Below the pieces are notes generated by a model. That model did not search any database. It was not told the DNA's origin and saw only the letters and a program-made list of their open reading frames with translations. From an uncultured Acidobacteriota bacterium (GTDB lineage: Bacteria > Acidobacteriota > Thermoanaerobaculia > Gp7-AA8): DNA of 64,000 nt. The stretch's first letter is position 1; every line of letters starts with the position of its first letter. The stretch covers positions 352,001-416,000 of the forward strand of contig CAWGHO010000003.1 in the NCBI GenBank assembly GCA_963822445.1, written 5' to 3'. Position numbers and translations under genes: made by a program. Shown here in pieces: positions 1 through 9,068 of the stretch.

Positions 1-339
1 ACTCGCTTCATCAACCGCAGCAGCGGACACGAAAATGAACTGACGCACGCCGGCTTTCTTCGCCGCGTCGATCAGGGCCGCGTTTCCTTCGAGGTCGACG
101 GTGGCGACGTTGTCCTCGCCGCCGCGCTGCGCGGAATTCGCGGTGGTGATCACGGTCGTGACTCCCGCGCACGCCGCGTCGAGCGACGCCGGATCCTTGA
201 GATCCCCCCGAACGGCCTCGGCGTCGGCGAAGTCCGTCGAGCCACTGCGCACCAACACCCTGACCGGAGCGCCTTTGTCGAGGAGCATCTTCGTGATCGC
301 ACCACCGAGTAATCCCGTTGAGCCAGCGACGAGGTTCAT
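1..339 (-). CDS. NAD(P)H-binding SDR/NmrA-like oxidoreductase (runs off the window edge)
   Basis: Translated by hand: MNLVAGSTGLLGGAITKMLL...VRVLVR...GDLKDPASL...AAKKAGVRQFIFVS. GxxGxxG Rossmann motif; AGGAGA RBS upstream. Confidence 0.85.
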   Translation of the reverse strand, partial: MNLVAGSTGLLGGAITKMLLDKGAPVRVLVRSGSTDFADAEAVRGDLKDPASLDAACAGVTTVITTANSAQRGGEDNVATVDLEGNAALIDAAKKAGVRQFIFVSAAAVDEAS

Positions 340-347
340 CTTTTCTC

Positions 348-2207
348 CTATCGGTCCAATCCGGCGGCGGACATCAACTCGCGGAAACGGGGGTCATCGC
401 GGATTCCATCGAATCGCGGCTCGATCGCACTCTGCCAGAGCCATCCGGTGCGATCCTCGAGCGCCCGCGCGAGCCATTCCAGGGCCAGGTCGATCTCTCC
501 CAGTCCGAGGTGAACGAGCATGACGTTGTACGGCGAGACATAGCGCTCGCGCGAGCGTTCGTCCAGCTCGCGGAGAACGGCTCGCGCGGCTTCCTGCTGG
601 CCGCTCACTCCGTAACAGTGGCCGAGCGCGCCGAGGAACAGACCGCCGCGGTTGGCGATCTCCGCGGAGCGGTTGAAGTTGCGAAGGGCCCTGTCGTAGT
701 CCTCGAGCTGTTCGTACGTGAGACCGATGTAGTAGTGCGCCGGCGCGAACGAGGCCTCGCTGTCCAGAACCTGCGTGTAGAGGCGCAATGCGGCCGTGTA
801 CTCGCGGTGCCAGTGATGGGCGAGGCCGATGGCGGTGTGGATGATCGGCGAAAGCGGGTCGAGCTCGTGGGCCAGCGTGACGTGGCGCAGTGATTCCTCG
901 TAGGACTTCGGCGCCGCGATGATGCCGTACCAGTGCGGCGCCCAGGGGTAAGCGGGATTCAGCTCCATCGCCAGACGCAGCTCGCGCTGTGCGGCCGGCC
1001 AATCCCATTCGAAGATGCCCGAGAGATATCCGAGAGATGCATGCGGCTCCGCCCGCGCGGGATCGATCTCGATCGCGCGCAAGGCCGCGGCCTTCGCCTT
1101 GGGCATCACATCGCGCGGCGAGATGACTTGAAGAAAGCCGAGCATGATGTACGCGTCGGCGAGGCCGGCGTACGAGTTCGCGTGCAGCGGATCGATCTCG
1201 ACGGCCTCGTGAAAGAGCCCGATGGCTTCGCGGATCGCCTCGGGATGACGCTTGTTCCATTGGGCGCGGCCTCGAAGGTAGAGCTTTTCCGCGGCGGGAT
1301 CGACAGCTGGAGCTTTCTTGCGACGCTTTCGCGGGATGGACGCCGTCACCCGCTTCGTCGGAGCGGACCGCCCCTCGGCAACCGAAGACAACGCTTCATG
1401 CATCGCCGAGGCATCGGGGAAGCGTCTTGCGACCGGCTTCGCGAGTGCGCGGAGAATGATCGGCTCGAGAGCGATCAGGTCCGCGGTGTCGAGCGGATCG
1501 GGATCGGTCATGAGGATGGCGTTGATCGTCGCCGCGGCCGTGCGCCGGTCGAAGGGGCGCCTGCCGGTGGCGATCTCGTAGAGGACGATGCCGAGGCTGA
1601 AGATGTCGCTGCGGCCGTCGAGAGGCTCGCCGAGGAGTTGCTCCGGGGACATGTACGGCGTTGTGCCCGACACGACGTCCGCGCGCGAGATCACGATCTC
1701 TGTCGCGTCGTCGGGCGCGCGCATGAAGGATTTCGCCAGTCCGAAGTCGAGCACTTTCACGACACCCGAGGAGCTGAGCATGATGTTGCCCGGCTTGATG
1801 TCGCGATGGACGATTCCGCGCTTGTGAGCCTCGCTGAGCGCCGCGGTGATCTGCCGGCCGATGTCGACTGCTTCGGCGAGTGAGAGCCGGCCGCGGCGCA
1901 TGCGCTGGGCGAGCGTTTCCCCCTGGACGTACTGCATGACGATGTAGGGCTGCGCGTTCTCTTCGCCGATCTCGTAAATCGTGCAGACGTTCGGGTGCTC
2001 GATCGTGGCGATGAGGCGGGCCTCGCGAAGCATGCGCTGTTGCGCTTCCGCGTCCGCGCTCGTGGTCGCCGGCAGGATCTTGATGGCGACGCTGCGGCTC
2101 AGGCGCGTGTCGGTGGCGAGGTAGACCTCGCCCATGCCGCCTGCGCCGAGAGGGGAAACGATCTGGTAGTGCCCGAGCGAGACCGGGGCGGAGAGACGTT
2201 CGGACAT
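348..2207 (-). CDS. Ser/Thr protein kinase with C-terminal TPR repeats
   Basis: GAGGMGEVY, VAIK, HRDIKPGN, DFGLAK and YMSPEQ motifs followed by TPR-like helices. Confidence 0.95.
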   Translation of the reverse strand: MSERLSAPVSLGHYQIVSPLGAGGMGEVYLATDTRLSRSVAIKILPATTSADAEAQQRMLREARLIATIEHPNVCTIYEIGEENAQPYIVMQYVQGETLAQRMRRGRLSLAEAVDIGRQITAALSEAHKRGIVHRDIKPGNIMLSSSGVVKVLDFGLAKSFMRAPDDATEIVISRADVVSGTTPYMSPEQLLGEPLDGRSDIFSLGIVLYEIATGRRPFDRRTAAATINAILMTDPDPLDTADLIALEPIILRALAKPVARRFPDASAMHEALSSVAEGRSAPTKRVTASIPRKRRKKAPAVDPAAEKLYLRGRAQWNKRHPEAIREAIGLFHEAVEIDPLHANSYAGLADAYIMLGFLQVISPRDVMPKAKAAALRAIEIDPARAEPHASLGYLSGIFEWDWPAAQRELRLAMELNPAYPWAPHWYGIIAAPKSYEESLRHVTLAHELDPLSPIIHTAIGLAHHWHREYTAALRLYTQVLDSEASFAPAHYYIGLTYEQLEDYDRALRNFNRSAEIANRGGLFLGALGHCYGVSGQQEAARAVLRELDERSRERYVSPYNVMLVHLGLGEIDLALEWLARALEDRTGWLWQSAIEPRFDGIRDDPRFRELMSAAGLDR

Positions 2208-2229
2208 GCGCGCTGCGGCATCTTAGCGC

Positions 2230-2298
2230 TGGTGTGGTGCAGGCCTCCGGCCTGCCTTGGACAGAACCGAAGGCAGGCCGGAGGCCTGCACTACACCA
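2230..2298. repeat. REP-like inverted doublet (REPIN-like)
   Basis: Arms TGGTGTGGTGCAGGCCTCCGGCCTGCCTT and AAGGCAGGCCGGAGGCCTGCACTACACCA, 29 bp with 1 mismatch. Each arm is GT(A/G)G plus an internal palindrome. Confidence 0.85.
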
Positions 2299-2304
2299 AA
2301 ATCC

Positions 2305-5300
2305 CTACCGCACCGACCGGCGTTTGCCGGTCTCGCCCGGCTCCGACACGGTGATGGTGCGCACCATCTGATCCGAACCGGCGGTGTTGGTCACGGTGAG
2401 CGTCACCGTGAACGTGCCGGTCGTCGCGTAGGTGTGAGTGGGGTTCTGCAGCGTCGAGGAAGCGCCGTCGCCGAAATCCCAGTGCCAGGACGTCGGCACG
2501 CCGGCCGACCTGTCGCGGAACTGCACCGGCAGGCCGCGGGCGGGGAAGCCGGGCGCGAAGTCGAAGACCGCGTCCGGAGTCACGACCACGGCCAGGCACA
2601 CGCCGGGAACCTTCACGTTGGTGATGGCGATGTCGTCGAGATAGAAGCCGTCGTACTCGAGTCCCGGATCGCTGGTGAAACGCCAGCGGATGCGAACCGG
2701 TTTGCCCGCGTGCGCCGCGAGCGAGGACTTGTACTGCGTCCATTCGGTCGTGTTCGCGTTTCCGTCCGGACCGGTGAACGCGGGAGTGGTCTTCAGATCG
2801 CCGCAGGCATTCGCCGGTGGCTGGCTGCCGCTCGTCCCCTGCGTGTCGGCCAGCGTGCCGGGATATCCGCTCGCCGGCGGCAGCGCGGACCAGGTCAGGC
2901 CGTTGTCCGTCGAGAGCTCGACGATGACGCCGTCCCACTCCCACTCCAGGTTGAAGCGCGCGTAGTACGAAAGCTCGGCGTTCGCGTCGAGCACGATCTC
3001 CGGCGTCACCAGCGACGCGCAGGTGTTGCGCGCGTAGATGTCGCGGTCCGGAGCGTTGTGATACGAGTGCGTTCCGGTTCGCCCCTGCACGGAGCTGATC
3101 TGCCACGGAGCCTCGGGCGTCAGAAACGCGCCGGTATCGCCGGCCGTGTCGGTCCAGGTGCCGACCGCGCCCGGAGCGCCGAACGCCGTCGCGAAGAGCC
3201 GCGTGTCGTTGGTCTCCTGGTTGCCGCGATTCGGTCCGGTCGATCCGTTCGTCGAGTCTTCGGCGCGGACGACGTAGTAGTACGTCGTGCCGGAGTTCAC
3301 GTTGATGTCGCTGAACGACGTGGCGGTCGTCGTCGCGTACGGCGTGCCGCTCGGAACGAACTCGGGCGACGTGGAACGGTAGATGTTGTAGCGAAGCGCT
3401 GCGCCGAGGGGGCAGTTCGACTGACCGGCGGCCCAGGACAGATTGATGCGGCAGGCCGTGCCGTCGGCGAGTGCGGTCGCCAGACCAGTGAAGTTCGGGG
3501 CGAGGTCGCACAGACCGGCGGCAATGATCGACACAGCGTTGGAAGCGGGACCTTCACCGCAGTCGTCCGCGCCGCGGATGATGTACGAGTAGATGTAGCC
3601 ACCCTGCGCGAAGCGGTCGGTGAAGGTGGAACCGGTGGCCGTGCCGATGTAGCGGAAGTCAGCGGGATTCGGATTCGTGCCGGTGGCGCGATAGACCTGC
3701 GTCCGCGTCGAAGAGCTGGCCGCGGTCCAGGAGAGGTCGACGCCGCGCGTCGGGTTCGTACCCGCCCGCAGACTCGCGGGCGCGGCGGAGATCGAGGTCG
3801 AACAGGTTGCCGCAGAGACCGCGAGTGCGAATCCCTGACGGTTCGTCGCGCTGCGGCCGTTGCCGGGGACGCTCGCTCCGCGAACGGTGATCGTGTACGT
3901 GCCGCCGACAGGCGCCGCGAAGCGGACCTGTTCGACGTTGTTGAGCCGGTCCGCGAAGCCGCCGGTGATCGAGTCGGAGGTCGCGTTGAAGACGTTGCCC
4001 ATGAACGTGCCGGCGCCGTTGGTCACGGTGAGATCGAGATCATTCACCAGCGCCTTCGCCGCCCCCGGCGTCCCCTCGGGATCAGTCCAGACCAGCGTCG
4101 CCCGGAACTCCTGACCGGCGGCCACGCTGACGGTGAAGCTCTGGCTCTCACCGGTCAGCAGGCCCTGCGCGTTCGGCAGGTCCCACACGCGAAGCTTTCG
4201 CGCGTCGCCGGGGAAATAGATGTTGTTGTCGAGGTGGATCTTCCCCCAGCCGAAGCGCGGATTGCCGAACTGCTCGTTGGTGGGAAGGGCCAGCGTGCCG
4301 TTGAGGAGCGTCGCTTTGACCAGCGGTGCCGAGGGGTTGAGGCGATCGTTCGTGGTGCGGGTTCCGCTCGGGTAGAAGCCGTCCGCGAAATACTGGCGGA
4401 CCAGCACCGCGCCGCCGGCGACCGTCGGAGCGGCCATCGACGTTCCCTGTTTCGTCGACGTGCCGCAGTTGTTGCTGTCGTGCACGCCGTCGCCGCCCGC
4501 GGAGATGATGCCCGCGCCCGGGGCGACGATGTCCGGCTTGATGCGGCCATCGACTGTCGGGCCGCGGCTGGAGAAGACGGCCAGGAGCATGCTCAGGCCC
4601 GTGTTCACCGCGCCGACGGTGATGAGGTTCTTCGCATTGGACGGTGAGCCGGTGCTCGTGATCGCCGGTCCGTCGTTGCCCGCGGAGAAGATGATGGTCA
4701 TCTCGTCGTGGTCGAAGAGGAACTGGTCGACGATCTGCTCGTACGCGGTGTACGCGCCCTTGCTCGGCGATCCGTACGAGTTGCTGTGAACGCGTGCGCC
4801 GCCGCGGAGGGCCTGCAGGAACAGGTCGTAGGGATTGCCGCCGCCGCCCAGGTTGCCGTCGGACGCGCCGATGTCCTGGAAGAGGATCTGGGCGTTGGGG
4901 GCCATGCCGTCGCCGCGATCGACTCCGCCGCTGGTCGGGGATGAAGGATTGACGAAGTCGTCGCCGGCGGCCGTTCCGGCGGTGTGCGTGCCGTGGAAGC
5001 TGTTCGCGTCGTAGGCGTCGGCACCTTCCTGCACCCAGTAGCCGATGACTTTGTTCGTCGGGAAGAGCGGTCCCGGCTGATCGGTGGTCGCGCTGGCCGC
5101 GTCGGTCACGGCGTTCACGCCGTTCAGGACGCGGAAGAAGCACATGTCGGAGTCGAGACCCGAGTCGGCGACGGCGACGATCTGCCCAGTGCCGGTGATG
5201 CCTTTGGCGAAGAGGGTCCGTCCGGCATCGCCGTCCTTGTTGCCCTGAATCGCCGCGGAGGAGTTGCCGTTGTGCAGCTCCATGCCGTCATCAGGCTCGA

Positions 5301-5940
5301 TCCAGGCGATGCCTTCGATGTCCGCGGCCTTGCGGATGAAGTAATCCGCTGTACCGGCCGGAATCTGCAGCTCGATGAAGTGTCCGTGTGCGCCGTCGAC
5401 GGTCTTCGTCACGGCGAGGTCGGGATTCGCGCGCTTCAGCAGCTCGATGGTCTTGCCCACCGACATGTCCTCGAAGGGGAGGACGCGGAGGGCGAGGATC
5501 TCCTCGCTGTGCGAGGGCCAGAGGCGGGGATGAACTTTGAAGCCGGGCTCGTAATCGCCGACCCAGCGGACCGCCGCATGCGACGCGACGGTTTTCCTGG
5601 CGGACGGCGCGACGCGCGCGACGTAGGTGTTCTCCGGCAGATAGCGCAGGAACTTCACGCCGAGACGCTCGAGGTCTTCTTTGTTGGCGCCGGCGCGAAG
5701 CTGGACGATCGAGTACTCGATGCCTGCTCGCGGGCGGCCGAAGCCGACCTGCTGAAAGTCGGGACGCTCGGCCAGCGGATCGAAGATGGCCGAGCTGAGG
5801 AAGATCTGGTTTCCTTCCCGGGCCTTGCCGACTTCGGTTGCGGTGATGTCCCGCGGCGCGACTTTGCGCGGAGCGGCGGTACCGGCGAACAGGGAAACGG
5901 TGAAGAACAGCGCGATCAGCACTCGAGCAGTTGATTTCAT
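2305..5940 (-). CDS. Secreted S8 subtilase (KP-43-like) with FN3-like, jelly-roll and PKD domains
   Basis: Signal peptide MKSTARVLIALFFTVSLFA. Catalytic motifs VADSG, HGTHTAGT, GTSMAAP; PKD motif WHWDFGDG. Ends KRRSVR. Confidence 0.92.
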   Translation of the reverse strand: MKSTARVLIALFFTVSLFAGTAAPRKVAPRDITATEVGKAREGNQIFLSSAIFDPLAERPDFQQVGFGRPRAGIEYSIVQLRAGANKEDLERLGVKFLRYLPENTYVARVAPSARKTVASHAAVRWVGDYEPGFKVHPRLWPSHSEEILALRVLPFEDMSVGKTIELLKRANPDLAVTKTVDGAHGHFIELQIPAGTADYFIRKAADIEGIAWIEPDDGMELHNGNSSAAIQGNKDGDAGRTLFAKGITGTGQIVAVADSGLDSDMCFFRVLNGVNAVTDAASATTDQPGPLFPTNKVIGYWVQEGADAYDANSFHGTHTAGTAAGDDFVNPSSPTSGGVDRGDGMAPNAQILFQDIGASDGNLGGGGNPYDLFLQALRGGARVHSNSYGSPSKGAYTAYEQIVDQFLFDHDEMTIIFSAGNDGPAITSTGSPSNAKNLITVGAVNTGLSMLLAVFSSRGPTVDGRIKPDIVAPGAGIISAGGDGVHDSNNCGTSTKQGTSMAAPTVAGGAVLVRQYFADGFYPSGTRTTNDRLNPSAPLVKATLLNGTLALPTNEQFGNPRFGWGKIHLDNNIYFPGDARKLRVWDLPNAQGLLTGESQSFTVSVAAGQEFRATLVWTDPEGTPGAAKALVNDLDLTVTNGAGTFMGNVFNATSDSITGGFADRLNNVEQVRFAAPVGGTYTITVRGASVPGNGRSATNRQGFALAVSAATCSTSISAAPASLRAGTNPTRGVDLSWTAASSSTRTQVYRATGTNPNPADFRYIGTATGSTFTDRFAQGGYIYSYIIRGADDCGEGPASNAVSIIAAGLCDLAPNFTGLATALADGTACRINLSWAAGQSNCPLGAALRYNIYRSTSPEFVPSGTPYATTTATSFSDINVNSGTTYYYVVRAEDSTNGSTGPNRGNQETNDTRLFATAFGAPGAVGTWTDTAGDTGAFLTPEAPWQISSVQGRTGTHSYHNAPDRDIYARNTCASLVTPEIVLDANAELSYYARFNLEWEWDGVIVELSTDNGLTWSALPPASGYPGTLADTQGTSGSQPPANACGDLKTTPAFTGPDGNANTTEWTQYKSSLAAHAGKPVRIRWRFTSDPGLEYDGFYLDDIAITNVKVPGVCLAVVVTPDAVFDFAPGFPARGLPVQFRDRSAGVPTSWHWDFGDGASSTLQNPTHTYATTGTFTVTLTVTNTAGSDQMVRTITVSEPGETGKRRSVR

Positions 5941-6035
5941 GGCCACCATTGATGTTCTCGGACGATAAGAGAGCAAAGAAGGTAAGCCAAGGTGCGCATT
6001 CCCGCGAGGGGAAAGTGTTATTGGGCGCTCCGAGC

Positions 6036-8018
6036 CTACTTCCGCTTCTTCGGTCCCTTCTTCGCGCCGGCGTAGAACGGCGTCTCCGCGCGCGGCCCGC
6101 GCGCGGGGCGAGGGCCGGGGCGGCCAGTCGTGGCCTCGCGACGCGGGCCGGCTGGCTTGGCGTAGCGAGGAGGACCGGACGGGCGGGCGGGGCGATCGTC
6201 GCGCGGGCCGGCATCGCGGCCGTAGCGCGGAGGTCCGCTCGGCCGAGGCGGACGGTCATCGCGCGATGGCCGATCCTCGCGAGGCGCAGCATCGCGTCCA
6301 TATCGCGGCGGTCCCGTCGGCCGCGCGGGGCGTTCGCGATCGCGGTCGGCGTATCGAGGCGGCGGCGGTCCGCTCGGGCGCGACGGTCTTTCGCGCGGCG
6401 GCGGCTCGTTGCCGGCCACGCGGATGTTCACCTTCTTGCCGCGGAACTTCGCGTGGCCGACTTTTGCGATCACCGTCTCGACGAGATGCTCGGGAATGCC
6501 GACGTACGTCATGTCATCGCGAATGTCGATCGGGCCGATGTCGCGGCCGGGGATGTCCGCTTCGTTGGCGATCGAGCCGACGATGTCCGCGGGGCGGATG
6601 CCGTCGCGTTTGCCGACGGCCATCGACAGCCGCACTGTTTTCCCGGGCCTGTCCTCGGACGGCGGTTCGGGACGCGCCGCGACGACAGGCTCCGGCACGA
6701 CGGCCAGAGATCGGGCGTTGTTCGCGATCCGAGCCGCCGCCGCAGCAACCTCCGCCATGTCGAACGGACCTTCCTCGGCCAGCTGCTCGACGAGCTCGAC
6801 GTACAGATCGAGATCGCCTTCCGCGATGGTCTTGCGGATCGCTTCCTTGAATACGCCGATGCGCTTCGCCGCCACGTCCGCGCGAGTGGGGATCTTCATC
6901 GGCTTGATCGGCGAGCCGGTGTAGCGCTCGATCTCGCGCATCATCCGCCGTTCGCGAGGGGTGACGAAGAGCGTGGCCACACCGGTGCGCCCCGCGCGTC
7001 CGGTGCGTCCGATGCGATGCACGTACGCCTCGACGTCATGAGGAACGTCGTAGTTGATGACGTGGGTCGATCTGCTCGACGTCGAGCCCGCGCGCGGCAA
7101 CGTCGGTCGCGACCACGATCTCCACCTGTCCCGCGCGCAGTCGGCGGATGACGCTCTCGCGCAGCGGCCTGGGTCATGTCGCCGTGCATGGCCACGGCGG
7201 CGAATCCGCGGCCTTCGAGCTTCTCCGCGAGCTCCGCCGATCCGGTCTTCGTCCGGCGGAAGATGAGCACGGCCTCGGTCGGCTGTTCGAGCTCCAGGAT
7301 CTGCGTCAGCACCTCGAGCTTCTGCCCCTCGGAGACGTTGAGGAAACGCTGCTCGATGAGCCGGCGTGCTCACGTCGGATGCTCGATCTCGATCCGCTCC
7401 GGATTGCGCAGGTGGCGCTTGGCGATGCGCAGGACTTCGTCGGGCATGGTCGCGGAGAAGAGCGCGATCTGCCGCTCGGCCGGTGCGGCGCCGAGGATGC
7501 GCTCGACTTCTTCGATGAAGCCCATCTTCAGCATCTCGTCCGCTTCATCGAGGACGATCACTCTTGATCTTGTCGAGCTTGAGGCTGCCCCGATCGAGAT
7601 GATCGATGAGGCGGCCGGGCGTGCCGACGACGACATGCGCGCCGCGCTCGAGGCGCTTGAGCTGCGGCACGATCGGCGCGCCGCCGTAAACGGGCAGCAC
7701 GCTGACGTGCTCCATCTTCGCGGCATACGAATGAATGGCCTCGGCGACCTGCATCGCCAGCTCGCGCGTCGGCGTGAGCACGAGCGCCTGCGTGTCGCGG
7801 CTTTTCGGGTCGATTTTCTGAAGGATCGGCAGCGCGAATGCGGCGGTCTTGCCGGTGCCGGTCTGCGCCTGGCCGATGAGGTCGCCGCCGGCGAGCAGCA
7901 GGGGAATGGTGCGCTCCTGGATCGGCGTCGGCACTTCGTATCCGAGACCCGTGAGCGCTTCGAGCAGCTTCGGGTCGAGGCCGAGGTCGGCGAAGGTGAG
8001 CGTGTCGCTTTCGTTCAT
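6036..8018 (-). CDS. deaD: DEAD-box RNA helicase DeaD/CsdA with DbpA RNA-binding domain (several frameshifts as given)
   Basis: Q motif [31 protein letters not shown] and HRIGRTGR are spread over several frames. Indels near 7562, 7372/7361, 7166 and 7068. Confidence 0.9.
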
Positions 8019-8037
8019 GCGTGATAAGAGATCACAA

Positions 8038-9068
8038 ATGCGGGACTTTCGCTCCGACAACACGCAGGGCTGTTCTCCGGAGGTCCTCGAGGCCATCGCG
8101 CGCGCCGCCGCGGGGACCATGAGCTCGTACGGCAGCGACGAGATCACCAGGCGCGTGCAGAAGCAGTGCCGGGAGATTTTCGAGACCGACCTCGAGGTTT
8201 TTCCGGTGATCACCGGCACGGCCGGAAACGCGCTGGCCATCGCCTCCATGCGGCCGTCGATCGTGCTCTGCCACGAGGATGCGCACATCGTTCGCGACGA
8301 ATTGGGGCGCCGGAGTTTTATGCGGATGGGGCGAGGATGGTGGCGGTGGCGGGGGCGGCGGGGAAATTGAGCCCCGGTGTAGTGTGGGCCTCTGGCCTAC
8401 CTCTGACCCCCGCCCAAGGTAGGCCGGAGGCCCACACTACACCGCTAGTCCTCAGCCTCACCACCGTCACCGAAGCGGGCACGGTATACACCGCCGACGA
8501 GATTCGCGCGCTCACTTCATCCGGCCGTTACTCCGTCCACCTCGACGGCGCGCGGTTCGCGAACGCCGTCGTCTCGACCGGCAGCTCGCCGGCCGATCTG
8601 ACCTGGCGCGCGGGGGTGGACATCCTCGTCTTCGGCGGGACGAAGAACGGCCTCCTCGCCGCGGAGCTGATCGTCGTCTTTCGAAAAGAGCTCGCCACCG
8701 AGCTCGCGCCGCGCATTCATCGCGCGGGACATCGTCCGGCGAAGATGCGCTTTCTGTCCGCGCAGTTCGAGGCTTACCTGACCGACGATCTCTGGCTCCG
8801 CAATGCCCGCCACGCCAACGCGATGGCGACGCAGCTCGCGGAAGGGCTGGAGACGATCTACCCGGTCGAGGCAAACATCGTCTTCACGCGATTCAAACCG
8901 GAGGTCGCGAAGAAGCTGACCGAGGACGGATTTCAGTTCTTCGATTGGCCGATTTTCGGCGAGGACGCGTTCAGGCTCGTGACCGGATTCGCCACGACCG
9001 CTTCCGAAGTCAGCGATTTCTCGAGCAGCATCGCCGCCGCATCGGGCGGCAGCGGCCGCGCGAAGTAG
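8038..9068 (+). CDS. ltaE: Low-specificity L-threonine aldolase (one frameshift near 8305)
   Basis: MRDFRSDN...GTAGNALA...HEDAHI, then in the next frame TEAGTVY, HLDGARFANA and FGGTKNG (PLP lysine). Confidence 0.85.
8375..8444. repeat. REP-like inverted doublet inside the ltaE coding sequence
   Basis: CGGTGTAGTGTGGGCCTCTGGCCTACCT...AGGTAGGCCGGAGGCCCACACTACACCG; same family as 2230-2298. Confidence 0.85.

Noticed and set aside
2230-2298. c-di-GMP-I riboswitch (GCCTCCGGCCT resemblance)
   Set aside because: It lacks the upstream GGCAAAC/GNRA stem and is a dispersed perfect palindrome also found downstream of and inside genes.
2257-4647. Long antisense ORFs (also 8945-10975, 11555-13288, 33234-35390) and long alternate-frame ORFs (54215-56224)
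   Set aside because: These are shadow ORFs caused by high-GC codon bias over well-supported genes, with no recognisable motifs.
7370-7372. In-frame TGA in deaD as selenocysteine or readthrough
   Set aside because: It is explained by a compensating -1/+1 indel pair within about 12 nt, in an error-dense stretch.
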